Shown here: one piece after another, positions 1 through 14,641 of the stretch
How positions within the stretch are numbered: the stretch's first letter is position 1
Layout: each line of letters starts with the position of its first letter
Assembly (NCBI GenBank): GCA_012295275.1
Contig: CM022679.1
Coordinates: 23,622,001-23,686,000 of the forward strand
Direction: 5' to 3'
Source: Chrysomallon squamiferum
Taxonomy: Eukaryota > Animalia > Mollusca
DNA length: 64,000 bases
Notes under the pieces: generated by a model
Seen by the model: the letters and a program-made list of their open reading frames with translations, nothing else
Database searches by the model: none
What the model was told of the DNA's origin: nothing
Translations under genes and position numbers: made by a program

Positions 1-571
1 AGACCGAATCGCAGTGTAGAAGGATTGGTCTTTACTTGTACTAGACAGTTATGGTCCAAGGTATCCAATACAGACTCTGCTGCCTTCATTTGTATCAAAA
101 CTTATGGTCCAAGACTGCAATTCTGAACAGACTTTGTAGTCTTCTCTTATTGTAGACATTGTCTCAGGAATAGCGTCCAAGTAATTACTGTCTGGCCTGC
201 GACCATTGTGTTTTTTTCTGTGACAAGGATCATACAAGGATTATGCCCCTAAACAATGATTAAATTAAAAGGTTCACTATTTTTTCACACTAACTTTAGA
301 ATCTCTGCGAAAGCCTTGACGTCAGTAGACTAAGTATACAGATTTTTTAAATTTTTTTTTTTTTTTGGACATATTAGAGAGGCAAATACGTATATGCAAG
401 CAATGAAATAACAAATACGTCAAAAGAATACCGAAGTAGGTTTAAAACAAATATTGTTCACTGATATTATATTAATAAATGTTTATTTATTTTTTGTTGT
501 TTTGTTGTTTATGTATATGAAGTTTGTATGAAAAGAATAAAGACAAAGTATGTTGTGAATTTTTATTTGGA

Positions 572-672
<101 letters not shown>

Positions 673-1296
673 CCAGTTAATTCTGATTATATGTTAAGTC
701 TTAATTAATAATAAAAAATGTTGACTCTACATATGAAAGTTTGATTTGGAGATCAATAGATTATTTATTGTCAGAAAAAAAACTAAAGTTTCAAATAACG
801 AGGCGAAATTAATGCATTCGAAAAAGTTAAAAACAGAAAACAAAACTGGAATTAAGAAATAAAGGGAAAAATGAATAACGAAAGAAGCGAGGGAAGGAAG
901 AAAGAACAAACAAATGAAAGAGAGAAGGACGAAACAATGGAAGGAGAGAAGAAGAAAAGACAGCTAACACGTTTCACAAACGCAGCTCCGGACACGTTTA
1001 TTAAGAGCTGCAAGACCCGGGATGATAAATAAATAAATTGCACTGTGCTTGGATAAGTGTCTTAGAAAATGAAGCAATTTGAAAAGTGAAAAGACCATTA
1101 GACCCAGCGGAACAGCACGTTAATACGTCTTTGAAAACACCGGCCTCGGTTTTATAGCTGTATTGGTTGGTGCAAGTCCATTTGTGGAGAGGTTTTATTA
1201 GATTTAGAACGAGAACTTAATACGTTTGTTACTTACTGGGAATGGTGTATGTGTATACGGTATCAGAGGTTCGTGTTGTGGTAATAATCAATAAAG

Positions 1297-1422
<126 letters not shown>

Positions 1423-1643
1423 TAAAAAAAAGAATGAATAAAAAATGTAATGAAGGAATATAAAAATAAAAAATAATACAGATTATAATAAAGTTAATTT
1501 ATTATTGCAGTTCTGAATGAAATCCAGTGTTAGAATGACATTATCTGGAGAGCGAAAGAGAGATGTGAAGATAGAGAGAGCGAACGAGAAACAGAGACGT
1601 AAACATTCGTACACTTGTCTATAGATAATTTTATAATCTTGTA

Positions 1644-1690
<47 letters not shown>

Positions 1691-2779
1691 GAGAGTGTGT
1701 ATGTGTTTATAAAGCGAGAGAGAGAATAGAAAAAAATAATTACAAGAAACATTTAGACTTTATAAAATACTTTCGTTATTATTGTGTAACACATCTGTGT
1801 CTCTGACTCACACAGACAACAGCTGTGTTTCATATTTCAAAATCTCCACCAACTTCTTTCCTTACACCACATTTTTCTGTGTACGTCCGTGTTTCTGTCT
1901 GTCAGTGAGATAGTTATTAGACGAAAATACACGACATATTTCTCCACCGTAAATACCTGTTATTATTACTTTCAGAGCGAGAAACACGTGGTGTGTAGAT
2001 AGTTATGGAATGTTTGGTAAACACTGGTGTTGATATGAAGGATCATCCACCATTGTATGTAATCTATTGTCAGTACAAGACTGATAACAAAACCCTCACG
2101 TGGTTACATGTTTACAGGTTACACTCCTCAAAATAACACTGGAGTTTTTGTTTTTGCTTTTTTTGTTTTGTTGTTTTTTGTTTTTTTTACTTTAATGCAA
2201 CTTTGTAAATGATAGATCAGATGGTGAAAGAGTCGGTCGAGTTTAAAATAATATATCTACAGACATATTCGTTCTGCCTACCTACATATATATATATATA
2301 TGCATACACACATACACACACAGACAGATATATAAAAGTACATGAAATCATGCCTACATACACTAAAATACATTCATAATGAAATTAAATAATGTTTTAA
2401 TCTTTGGTAGTATCTTTGTAAGTATAATTTTCTTGCTAATGTTTATAACAAAGAAGAAAATTAATAAAAAAAAAAAAAAAAAAAAAAAAGAAACAAAAGT
2501 CTTGAAAATAGGACGTTAAAAGTTAAAATAAGAGAATCAAGTAAGGAAAAACAAGGATGAATGATAGTGCGTCACCTTGACAGCAGAGAAAAAGTAATCA
2601 TCACACTTGTAAATCTGTTTATGACTGTTAAACTGCCGTCTTCAAACACTATCACATTATCTTGACGCGTTCCCAGCTAAAAATACGTTTACAAACAAAC
2701 GGCAACTGTTTTTTCTTTTCATAGCTGAGCTTACACATAATCTACTGAATGCAGATTACGAAGAGAGAGAGAGAGAGAG

Positions 2780-2868
<89 letters not shown>

Positions 2869-3163
2869 AATAATAAAAAAGATGTCTGTCTGACAAATGT
2901 GTTTAAATATTATATTTCTGATACGTGTTTTCAGTGAGACTGCCTACTCACTGTTTCACTTCCCACCACACTGTATGCCCTCCCACCATACTGCATGCTC
3001 TCCCGACATGCTGTTATGGCAGATACGTACTGTATGAATGACATGTATCAAGATAAAACTACATTTCAGAAATCTATATATGTATCTGTGTGCTTATTTG
3101 TGTTTGTGTTCTTAATGACACACAAACACACACAACACACACATATATAGGTAGATAGATAGG

Positions 3164-3268
<105 letters not shown>

Positions 3269-4255
3269 TGGTGTATTGATAGAGACATATATCTGAGATA
3301 GAATAAACGAGTTTAATAAGCTGTTCTTTCTTTTATTTTTATTTTTTTAAACGTTTAATGGGTTTTTCTTGAAAAAAGAATGGTTTTTTTTTTTTTTAAA
3401 TGGTTTTAAAAGCAACAGTGAAAACCTGTAAATATCCGTGATATCTCAGAAAACTCACGTTAACGTTTACTCAAGTCATTAACTGTGAAACGTAAGTATT
3501 CCTTCCGAATAACTTCAGTGATCCGTTGTGTAAAAAATACTTTTGATAATCTTATTTGCACTCGTATTACAAATAAAAATCTTAGTCTGAAAGCTGATAC
3601 AAAGATGTGTTAGCATACATTTTGTACGTGAAAGCGCCAAAGAGACTATACCGGTCCATCCATCTACATATCTCTGCAAACGTGGATTTAAACATGCAAG
3701 CATTTACACAAACAACAACATAAAACAAAATAAATACCTTACATATATATACATATACACAAACATACAAAAATACATACAGACACACAGCCTTGGATAC
3801 GCCCAACGCAGATACAGAGATACAAACTTCAAATAGAAATACCATCTTTCTAGCCATATACATTGTTGCTTATATGTACGTGTGTAATATGTGAGTATGC
3901 TTATACTTATATATATATATATGTATGTATGTGTGTGTGTGTATATATATGTATGTATATATATATGTTTATGTATGTATGTATATGCAATATGAATGGA
4001 TGCATTTATCATACACATTTGCGAATGCTTGATTCTGAACTTTACATTATGTCTATGCTAAGTGAAATTTACATAGTTCAGTGTATCTGCGTTTTCTTGC
4101 CTCGGGTAATAACGCTCGATTGATCTTATATATGAATATTCTGACAGCTGGCTCCGCGGGGTAACAGCTTCCAGCCAGTTTACCGTGGTGAGGTGAGTCA
4201 CAGGTTAATGTGGTGACGACACACAGCAGAATCAGGCGACGGGGACTTGTGTGAA

Positions 4256-4318
<63 letters not shown>

Positions 4319-5815
4319 GATGAGAACAATAACAAAAGAAAATAATAATAATAACAAGAAGATGATGATGATAAGAGTAGTAGTGGTAGTAGTGGTAGTG
4401 GTAGTAGTAGTAGTAGTGGTGGTGATGGTGGTGATGTAGTAATAGTAATAATAATAATAAATATATAATAAAGTATACATGTATCTATGTATCTCTGAAT
4501 CTGAGTATGATTGTATGTTTGTATATATGCATGTATGCAGGCACTATATATGTATGTGAGCGTATATATATAAAAATATTATATTCAAAATAATAGCAAT
4601 TGTTTTTAAATAGATTATTACACTAAAGCCCACTCTAACCTTCCACATCGGTGCACGACATGAAACAAGCCGGAATAACTGAGATCACAGAAATGTACAA
4701 CTGAAACCCATTAATCCTTTTGAAACAGACACCTAATCAGCACTTGTCGAGGTCAAAGTTAAAATATGTCACTTTCCATTTGCACTGAGACGTCGAATGA
4801 CCCCCAGTAAAGAAGCACGATTTGGTTGAAACGTCAAACGTCACTGGTACAATTTATACATTTGTCTGGTATAGGTCTGCATAGATAATTGCAATGGACA
4901 GTAACATTAATCAAATAGGATAACATAGAGATGTAAACGAAGCGCCATATTGGCTTGTGATAGATGAAAGAATATTTCTTAATGCATTTATATACGCGCG
5001 TGTGCGCTGTCTATACATTCATTACTGATATGCAATATACAGATGTTTATCCATGTATGAAAGGTGTGTATTATGTAATATGTATGTTTGCATCTCACTA
5101 AGTATGTGTGTATATGAATGTATATATGTATCCATCATTTTATCTATTTCTATCTACATTCATCCATCAGTCTATTCATTTATCCATCCATCCATCCATC
5201 CATCTATCCGTCTATCTATCTATGTAATAAAATCTATCTATCTATATATATATATACGTCTCTATGTCTTCTATCTGCCCATCTATCCATCGAATCATTA
5301 TTCGTCTTTTGTTTCTATCTGTCGTGCTATCTAACCTGACATTCAAAACCATACAGCAAAACTGTCTACTCGAGTTCGCTAAAATAACAAAACACTCGTA
5401 CACATTTCATGTAACAAACTTAGCGTTAATCAAGCTGATTAGCATCAACCACGTGCACGTTCAGTACCACGCGTTGTTGAAATTCCTCACATATCATCAC
5501 CAACATACCACAACCACGACTGTACTAATCACCACAGCAGCGCCGTCTAATTATTCTTGCTGTCACAGAAATACTACCACAGTTTAGTGTGATTTTTATG
5601 ATTTATTGAAAGACACTTAAGAATTTCGTTTGTGTGTGTATCTGTGTGTGTGTGTATGTTGTTGTGTGTCTGTGTATTAAAAATGAAGAAAGATTAAGCT
5701 TAGAAAAATAGCAGAACGGCAACAAGAACATCATCATCAACAACAACAACAATAGTAATAATAAATAAATAAATAAATAAATATATAACATTTTATTTTA
5801 TTTTAAAACAAAGAA

Positions 5816-5849
<34 letters not shown>

Positions 5850-6165
5850 CAAAAACTAAAAGAAATAAATAAAATTAATTATGAAACTGAAGAACATGAA
5901 ATTAAATTAAAAAAAAGAAGAAGAAGAAGAAAAGAACAGTGAAATGAGTGATGTGTTAATTTTGTTTTTTATGCCTGTCTTGATTCGTTTCCTTATTAGG
6001 AAATGCTTTTTAGGGTCTTCAGACATCGTGTCTGCACAGTCACTTACAAAAAGTGTTAACGACGTCAACGACATCGATATTTCTGATGAAAATAACACAA
6101 CACAGATCTATAAACAGAAGCAATAACGAACTAATGAAAAAAATGTCCTTTTTATCAGTCTGTCT

Positions 6166-6196
<31 letters not shown>

Positions 6197-6466
6197 TCTG
6201 TCTGTAGCTCTCAGTTTTTTGGTTCAAAAATACAGCCTTCATTTCGAAACGAAGTAAACGCGATTGGTGCCGGGTTTATATTTATAATGCAAACTGAATA
6301 ACGTCATTATTATTATTTTTTTTTCGTCAAATACGTTAATTTTTAATATTTAGAATTTAATCTTCCAAGCATGGATTCAAACTTTCAGAATGCAGAGAAA
6401 GTGTTAACACCATTATTAAAGACGCTATAAATAAAAAATAAATAAGAAAGAAAGAAAGAAGAAAGA

Positions 6467-6510
<44 letters not shown>

Positions 6511-7289
6511 TAACAACAATAACAACAGCAATAATAAAGATAATAATAATAATAATATAAAATAATAAATATAAAAAAGCCGAATATATATATATATATA
6601 TTATAAAATAAAAGATAATATAATATAAAATAACATGATTTTGTAGAAAGTCGACACAAGTCTGTTAATAAAAACGATATTATGCTATACCAGTTCAGCG
6701 GGAAGATATTTATAAAAAAAAATCCCTTGCTGTCAATCAAAAAAGAGTAACCTATGATGTTACAACACCGTATTTTTATCATCATTATTCAAAATTTTAT
6801 AAATTATTAAGGTGTAACAAAGTATCATTAAATAAATAATTCAGTTCATTTATATCTCATTGTTAAAATGTCGTCTCTCCCTTTCACTGAGCGTATTTCG
6901 TGTTCTTTGCAAATCTATATGTATATTCTTTTTAATAAAGATACAAGCAAACAAAAGAAGTCTGAGGCATTACCTCAATACTATATTTATTAGTCTCAGA
7001 TTATTGATATTACTATTACAGAGATTGTTCGTTTGTCTGCCTGTTTCTCGCGTTTTCTTTTGAACTGAAAAAAAATCAATAGAATTTAATTTTTTTTTTT
7101 TTTTTTTTTTTTTGACGGTTTTACATCCGCCAACACGTTTGAAATAGCTGTTACTGAAGAAGTATTGAAAAAAAAAAAAAAAAAAAATGTGGCCTTTGTC
7201 TGTCTGTGTCGAATCAATACAAAAGACAAATGCATGTGTGTATGTGTGCATCTGTCTACCTCCCCACACACACAGAGACAAAGACAGAC

Positions 7290-7317
7290 ACATACATACA
7301 TACATACACACACATAT

Positions 7318-7381
<64 letters not shown>

Positions 7382-7503
7382 CATACATACCTATACATAC
7401 ATACACACACACACACATACATACACGCACGCTCTCTCGCGCGCACACACACACACACATACATACACGCACGCTCTCGCACACACACACACACACACAC
7501 ACA
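7290..7503. repeat. Compound (CA)/(TA)/(CATA) microsatellite
   Basis: Directly visible. It explains the overlapping HT/YI/VC-rich ORFs at 6970-7659. Confidence 0.9.
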
Positions 7504-8122
7504 TTCAGTTTTCTTCAAGTTAGTTTCTACCACTGCCCAGCACATCTCAACAGCATTTGTTCTGTAACGGCTGAACTCATTATTGTGTGGATTAAGTTAT
7601 TAACGGTTAATTATATCTCTTGTATTACCGAAACTTCTGATGATACACTTACACCATGATATGACAAATAACTCTTTATAATTCAAAAGCACAATAGAAA
7701 ATATTAATGAAAACCACATAATTAAACATTATCGTAATGTTATAATAATGGATAGAAGAGAATGCGAGGTATTTAGGGGACTCAGGCTGGTAAGGAGTTT
7801 TCTACACACTCTTTCGCATAATCAATGGACAGACAAACGTATATTCATTATTTATTTTTAATTAATTATTTAAATGTCAATTAATGAAAGGTAAAAAAGA
7901 CAAAAAAAAAAAAAAAAACAACACAGTTAACGATCCTATTCATAAATAACATACAAAAACAAATTTTAACGGTATTTAATTAATAGTATGTTATCTATTT
8001 GTACAAGCTAAATTTACTTCTATTTTATTTTAATGAAATTATTATTGGCATTTTTTTTTTTAAAAGTCTTAATATAGTCATAATTAAAATCCGTATATCT
8101 CAAGTCTTCAATTTTTTTTTTA

Positions 8123-8154
<32 letters not shown>

Positions 8155-8272
8155 GCCCATGTAAAATTTTCTGCATTCTTTTATAAAAATACATTTATTA
8201 AAAATACTAAATTTTAAATACTCACTTTTGAAATAAATATACAACTACCTTTCTCACTGTAAAAAAATGATG

Positions 8273-8326
<54 letters not shown>

Positions 8327-8815
8327 GTTCCTAAGAAATAAACTATCTACGGAGAAACGAAATATCTGTTTAAAAAAAATAAAAAAAAAAATAAAAAAAA
8401 GAAAAATGAAACCGAAATTCAGATAAATAAATAAATGACCTATGAACAGTTTACATAACGTAAAATAATAAATAAATAATCTAAATCAGTTTTAAAACAT
8501 TTTTATTTAAAATCTTATCTTTATGTACTTGCATAACAGTTTTCTACGTATCATCAACAATTTTAAACTTACGTCTACAAATTACATTGAACCGTGAACG
8601 TACGCTCATCCAGTTACCAGTATTTTATTTTATTTTATTTTATTTTATCATTTTTTTTATTTTGTTACATGTATTCTGCATCCATTTCTACTTGACACCA
8701 TTCATTCTACAACATTTTCTACTTAAGTAGACAGTCACTCGAATTTTTTTTTTAATCTGCTGTTCATCAATAAAATTGAATCCCACAGCTATTGTTAATA
8801 ACACCGTCGACTGAA

Positions 8816-11764
8816 TCACTCTTTTGAGAAAGCCGGATTGTCTACGGCGCTTCTTTTGTCAGTGTCGTTGTTGTTGTCGTTGTCGTCGTCGTCGTCTATC
8901 GGTATCTCCACGCTGACTGTTGACGGCGTTTCCTTGGCGTCGTTCTTGATATCTTTGCCTATTGATTTCGGACTCAGTGTGCTTGCGGCAGGTTTTTTAC
9001 TTTCGCTTTCATTCGACAAATGCAGTAAATCTCTGAGCTGTGAATTCCACGCGATAAAAGCTTCTTTCACAGATGGGACTGTTTTCCTGTGTGTCGAATA
9101 TAGAATTAATAACAATAAATAAATAATATATTATTAGTTTGGTGGTTAAAGTTTATTTATTCATTTTTAAGTTTGTTCGTTGTTGTTGTTTTTTTTTGTT
9201 TTTTTTTTTAATGATTAATGAGATTTCAAAATGAACGAATGGATGTGAATATGAATTTTTTTTTTTTTTTATTATTTTTTTTTTTATAAATCTGGTGTGT
9301 CTTAACGAGATTCAAACTGATATTATCATCTCTAATGCTTTTTCATGTATGTATTTTTGTTTTTTTCTTTCAAGTGTGAGATGCGCGCACGTGAAGGTGT
9401 GTGTGTGTGTGCGTGTGTGTCAGCACTTTAATTTATTTATCCTGTTTCATTATGAGATCTCAAATAGTATTTTCTCTAGTGCTGGTCTGTTTTAACTTAC
9501 GGTTTTTCTAAGCATTTTTATTTTAATTTCAACATAGTCATAATTAAAATCCGTATATCTCCAGTTTTCTAAGGGGGTTTTACTCTTGTTTTCTTACTTT
9601 TTTTTTTTTTTTTTTTTTCTTTGTTTGCAGGTAAAATTATCTGCATATATGAAAATAAGAAGAAGAAGAAGAAGAAACGGCGACTTACCTGATGTAAGCG
9701 AGAAAGAGTCCCGGGAGAGCCGCCATACAGAAAACTATGACAGCAAGAGCGAAGGACTGCACCCCTCCAGCCTTCGCTGCTGTTAATACTGGCACTAAAA
9801 ACAGACAAACCTCTCCTTGATAAACAATGAACTGAATGTTTGTTTATCGGTCACACTGAAACAAACTTATTCCGTTGTTGTTATCATTATTTTATTTATT
9901 TAATTTATTTATTTATTTGTTTGTTTGTTTATTAATTATCATTATCATCATCATCATTATTATTATTGTCATCATCCTCCTCATCATTATTATTATTTTT
10001 TAATTATTATTATTATCATTATCATTATTATTATTATTTTATTATTATTATTATTATTCTTAAGTTATTGTTGTTGTTGTTATTATTAATATTAGTATTA
10101 TTACTAAAACTATTATAATGTTTTGATATTTTTGTACTAGGAAAAGTAGAAACAGCAGCATAGTGGTAGTGGTGGTACTAATAGCAGTAGTAGTAGTGGT
10201 AGTAGTAGTAGTAGTAGTAGTAGAAGTAGTAGCAGCAGCAGTAATAATAGTAGAAGTAGTTGTAGAAGCCTAACAAAGGAAACTAATGTAAGGGTTATTA
10301 GTTATAGCATTAGATTATAGCGTCTAGATACCCAGAGACAAGTCAGTGGCATAATCTTTGGCTGGAACGGGAAATAGCCTGAAATCGACTCCTAAAAGAA
10401 CTGACCTTTAAACGTGTTAAGCGTGACCAAAGAGAATAAGTTAAATATCTGTTATGTAAAAAAAAAAAAAAAAAAAAAAACATTCGTCAATAGAAATAAG
10501 CGAAATTATGTTTACAAAAAGAGCTGACGATTGTTTTCTATTCAGTTTATATTAATAACAATAACAAGAGTTATCTGAAGAATAAGCATTTGTGTAAACA
10601 AACAGAATAACTAAAGAACGTAAACAAATGTTTTTTTTAAGTGTCAAACGCGTACGCTATTGAAAATAAACAACACTTACTTATGTAAAATTCAGCATTA
10701 ATGTAAATAAATGCAATGTCGGCTTGTTAGTAATGTATGTCACGAAAACACAGAAACAAAACAAACAGCTCGAAAAGAACAAATAAAGTATTATTACCAT
10801 TAACAATAGCAATAGTGCTGTTATTGTTACTACTTCTTCTCCTAAACTTACTGCTATTTCTACAACAACAACAACTATTACTATTACTATTAGTGTTGCG
10901 ACTCAACTAAAACTATTACTGGTACACCGACCACTGTTGTTATTGCTGCTGCTACTACTACTACATCTACAACAACAACAACAACAACTACTACTACTAC
11001 TACTACTACTAATAATAATAATAACAATACTAAAACAGCATAAAAATAATAATTGTAATAACAACAACAACTACTACTACTACTAATAATAATAATAATA
11101 ATGACAGCAACAACAAAAGCAACAGCATCGTCACCAGCAGCAACAGGAACAGCAACAAAAACAACAGCATCATCACCAGCAGCAACAGGAACAGCAACAA
11201 AAACAACAACATCATCACCAGCAGCAACAGGAACAGCAACAAAAACAACAACATCATCACCAGCAGCAACAGGAACAGCAACAAAAACAACAGCATCATC
11301 ACTACCAGCAACAGGAACAGCAACAAAAACAACAACATCATCACCAGCAGCAACAGGAACAGCAACAAAAACAACAACATCATCACCAGCAGCAACAGGA
11401 ACAGCAACAAAAACAACATGATAGTTTTAACGTACCCTTGCATTTCGTTTCTGACTGACACGTTTCACTCACGATTTTGTTAGTCGGCCCCACACACGTA
11501 ACCCCGCCTTGCTGAGGCTTGGGATTCTTACAGACTCGTGAGAAATATGCCAGTCTTTCACCAACGTCGCACGTCGCATTGCATCGTCCTTTCATAAACT
11601 GCAACCACGACGTCCACTGCCCGTCCACTGCAAAATGTTTTTAATTTATTTTATTTATTTATTTTAATTTTATTTTATTAATTAATTATTTTAATTTATT
11701 TTTTATTTTATTAGTGGTAATGTTATTATCGTTGTTACTCTTGTTGTTCTGGTTGTTGTTGTTA

Positions 11765-11816
<52 letters not shown>

Positions 11817-12794
11817 TAATTATTATTATTGTTATTATTTATTTATTTATTTATTTGTTTATTTATTTATTATTTTTTTTTTTTATTTATTAACAATTGT
11901 AGTTGTTAATAAATAAAAAATAAATAAATAACACACACAAACACACACACACTTTTATATATTTAAAATTTTTAAAAATTATGTTTAAATTAGATAACTA
12001 TACCACATATAATAGACGGCTTGCATGTAAGTGTATGCTTGCATGTGTGAGTGCTTAGTATTATTTTCTAAATCACTAATATCACTGAGAAATCAATCAA
12101 ATGACAAAATAGCTTTATTTATAAAATGACATTACTTTTGACCTATTCATAAACAGACGTTATAGTTACCCTGATTTGTAGATGAAATAAAAACCTCTGC
12201 TGAAATACTCTAATTCATAACTGATATTAAATTTATTTTGACTCGCAGTTGATATTATATGCATCTTGACTCGTAAATGTCATTATATTTACTCCGACCC
12301 GTAAATAACATCATTCTTACCTTGTTTCGCAGATGTCATTATATTTACTCCGACCCGTCAATAACATCATTCTTAATATGACACGTAATTGGCATCATTC
12401 TTACCTTGTTTCGCAAATGCCATTACATTTATCTCGACTCGTAAATACCACAATAATTGTCTTTGTCTTTGTCTTATACTTATCTTCTCTCGTAAATAAG
12501 GTATAAAAATAACACTGCACGTAATCAAACATTATGTGTTTATCTTGACCTGTACTTTATGAATTAATGTAAAACTTTAAATGGTACGATACAGAATGTT
12601 TAAGACAGCTCATATTTTTCTTACCACGACCCGTATAATATTTCAGTCTAAGCGGACCTGCGGGTCTACAGGTGCCACAAAATCCACCGCATCGCAATAA
12701 ATGTTTTTGACCTCCGTATGTTATTTTGTGTTCCGCTAGAGTAGTATCATTACCATAGGTTTCCCACTTTACCTTCATAATAATAATAATAATA

Positions 12795-12838
<44 letters not shown>

Positions 12839-12949
12839 AATAATAAAGTAAACACCTATTCATACCAAGATATATAGAAAGGAAAGGTACCTATATAGAT
12901 ATAGATAGACAGATATATATATAATAATATGTATAGGTGGTATATACAT

Positions 12950-13020
<71 letters not shown>

Positions 13021-13582
13021 ATTGTTTATCTTTTCCTCTCATTTCCTCTTTTAACATATAAATATATACATAACAATAAACAACACACACACACACGCAC
13101 GCACACACACACCTACATATGCCTTCTTACACACATATAAACATAAACATATATATATATATATATATGTGCAAAAAGGCATATGTAGGTGTGTGTGTGT
13201 GTGTGTGGCAAGGAGATGGAGAGACACAGTAAGAAACTAAAGAACTAAATATTAAATGCTTATACTTCACTGTAACGACTCACTGAGGGATCTACGACCA
13301 GACCCGTATTTCTTGTGTCGATAACGAAAAAACCCTTCACTCCACAAGTGGACTCCACCCCACCCTCATTGCTGTTGTAGCAGTCGCCAGCCGTGCCGTA
13401 GGGAAGAGGATTCCAAAAATAGGAACTGAAGGAAAAATCACTGACATTGACGGCCATCGTCTGAAAATTGACGAAAATCGCCGATATACCGATAATCGAT
13501 TTATCCATCCGCCATCTTTTAATTATTTTACTTATTTTGTTTATCTGATGTGATGTATTTTAATACTTGAATAATTACTTTA

Positions 13583-13618
<36 letters not shown>

Positions 13619-14188
13619 AACAATAACAAAAGTTAGAAAAAAAAAAATATATATATATATATATATTTAGACATCATTTTCGTGAACTAATGTTATTATC
13701 GTTTTTACTTTGTTGTCTGGTTGTTGTTGTTGTTTTTTATTATTATTACACCCCCAGAAAATTGCCAGTTTTACTTACTTTGGTGTCAATTCTGATTTTG
13801 CTATAATTAATGCTGCCAGGAGCGGCAAACGGTGGCGACGTGTCTTTCAGTCCCTGGCAGTGATAAAAAGATACGTCGGGGTAGTCGCCGCCGTTGTAGT
13901 AGTGCAATGTAAGGTATTCCACGGGCTCACTGACCATACTGTCACAGAACACGCCTACTGATTTGCCGCCTAAAATTTCTGGAAATACTGCATAGTGACC
14001 GTTTTTTGATACTTTCCTCAGCTTTTTCAGATCAGAACAGTTGACTGGGTGAATTCCAACTAAAATGTGGAACACAGAAAGATTCGATGTTTTGTCTTGT
14101 GAGAGTTTTTGTTAGTAAGGAAATTTTTTGTTCTTTTATACATACATACATACATACGTACATACATACACACACATACATACATACA

Positions 14189-14219
<31 letters not shown>

Positions 14220-14225
14220 GAATGA

Positions 14226-14266
<41 letters not shown>

Positions 14267-14355
14267 CTTTGAAATTAATTTTTAAAACAATTATAGACTT
14301 ATACTATATTAATAACAAAGACAAATCATACTTACAAATTTACAAAGTTCATGCT

Positions 14356-14445
<90 letters not shown>

Positions 14446-14641
14446 TATAATGTAACAGTATAAGGGAAATAACTCTTACCGGTTGACATACTTTAACTAT
14501 TTAGCCTCCCTTGATATGTACTGATTTATTTGTTTATAAACATCAATTCATAAAACACAATAACATACATTATAATAAGTAATACGCACCACAGTTTTTA
14601 AGCAACAGTTGTATTGTCAAAATCCACCGTATAATCTTCAT
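8816..14641 (-). CDS. Type-I membrane protein: signal peptide, GON domain, TSP1 repeat, TM helix, acidic cytoplasmic tail (~408 aa, 7 coding exons)
   Basis: Exons 14641-14590, 14059-13779, 13460-13284, 12772-12625, 11627-11436, 9794-9689, 9086-8816, all GT-AG and in phase (1227 nt). Signal MKIIRWILTIQLLLKNCVG. GON motifs P.NCSDLK, NGHY, VFCDSM..EP.EYLTL, YSKIRID, PYGTAGDCY, G.F.IDT..TGL, CGGFCG.C.P. TSP1 VDGQWTSW..CNATC..R.C.NP.PQ.GG..C.G. TM FALAVIVFCMAALPGLFLAYI followed by RK. C-terminus VDNPAFSKE. Confidence 0.85.
11101..11418. repeat. Intronic 42-bp minisatellite, ~7.5 copies (ATCATCACCAGCAGCAACAGGAACAGCAACAAAAACAACAAC)
   Basis: Tandem units directly visible, just past the donor of the TSP1 exon in the GON gene. 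Confidence 0.9.
12270..12450. repeat. Degenerate ~56-bp tandem repeat (TGTCATTATATTTACTCCGACCCGT...CATCATTCTTACCTTGTTTCGCA), ~3 copies
   Basis: Recurrent segments visible in a GON-gene intron. Confidence 0.7.

Noticed and set aside
1-248. Minus-strand exon-like segment (acceptor at 249; ORF 49-237; an ATG at 89 open to the window edge)
   Set aside because: No recognisable motif and stops in all frames from the acceptor. It may be a 5'UTR or start of a gene outside the window, but this cannot be supported here.
8068-9650. ~120-bp segment present twice (ATAGTCATAATTAAAATCCGTATATCTC at ~8074 and ~9534)
   Set aside because: Short local duplication with no terminal repeats or coding signal.
11030-11461. 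Thr/Ala-rich 'mucin/antifreeze-like' ORF (+) and poly-Leu ORF (-)
   Set aside because: Both are readings of a 42-bp intronic minisatellite. There is no signal peptide, and it lies antisense/intronic to the GON gene. It is not CRISPR-like because there are no unique spacers.
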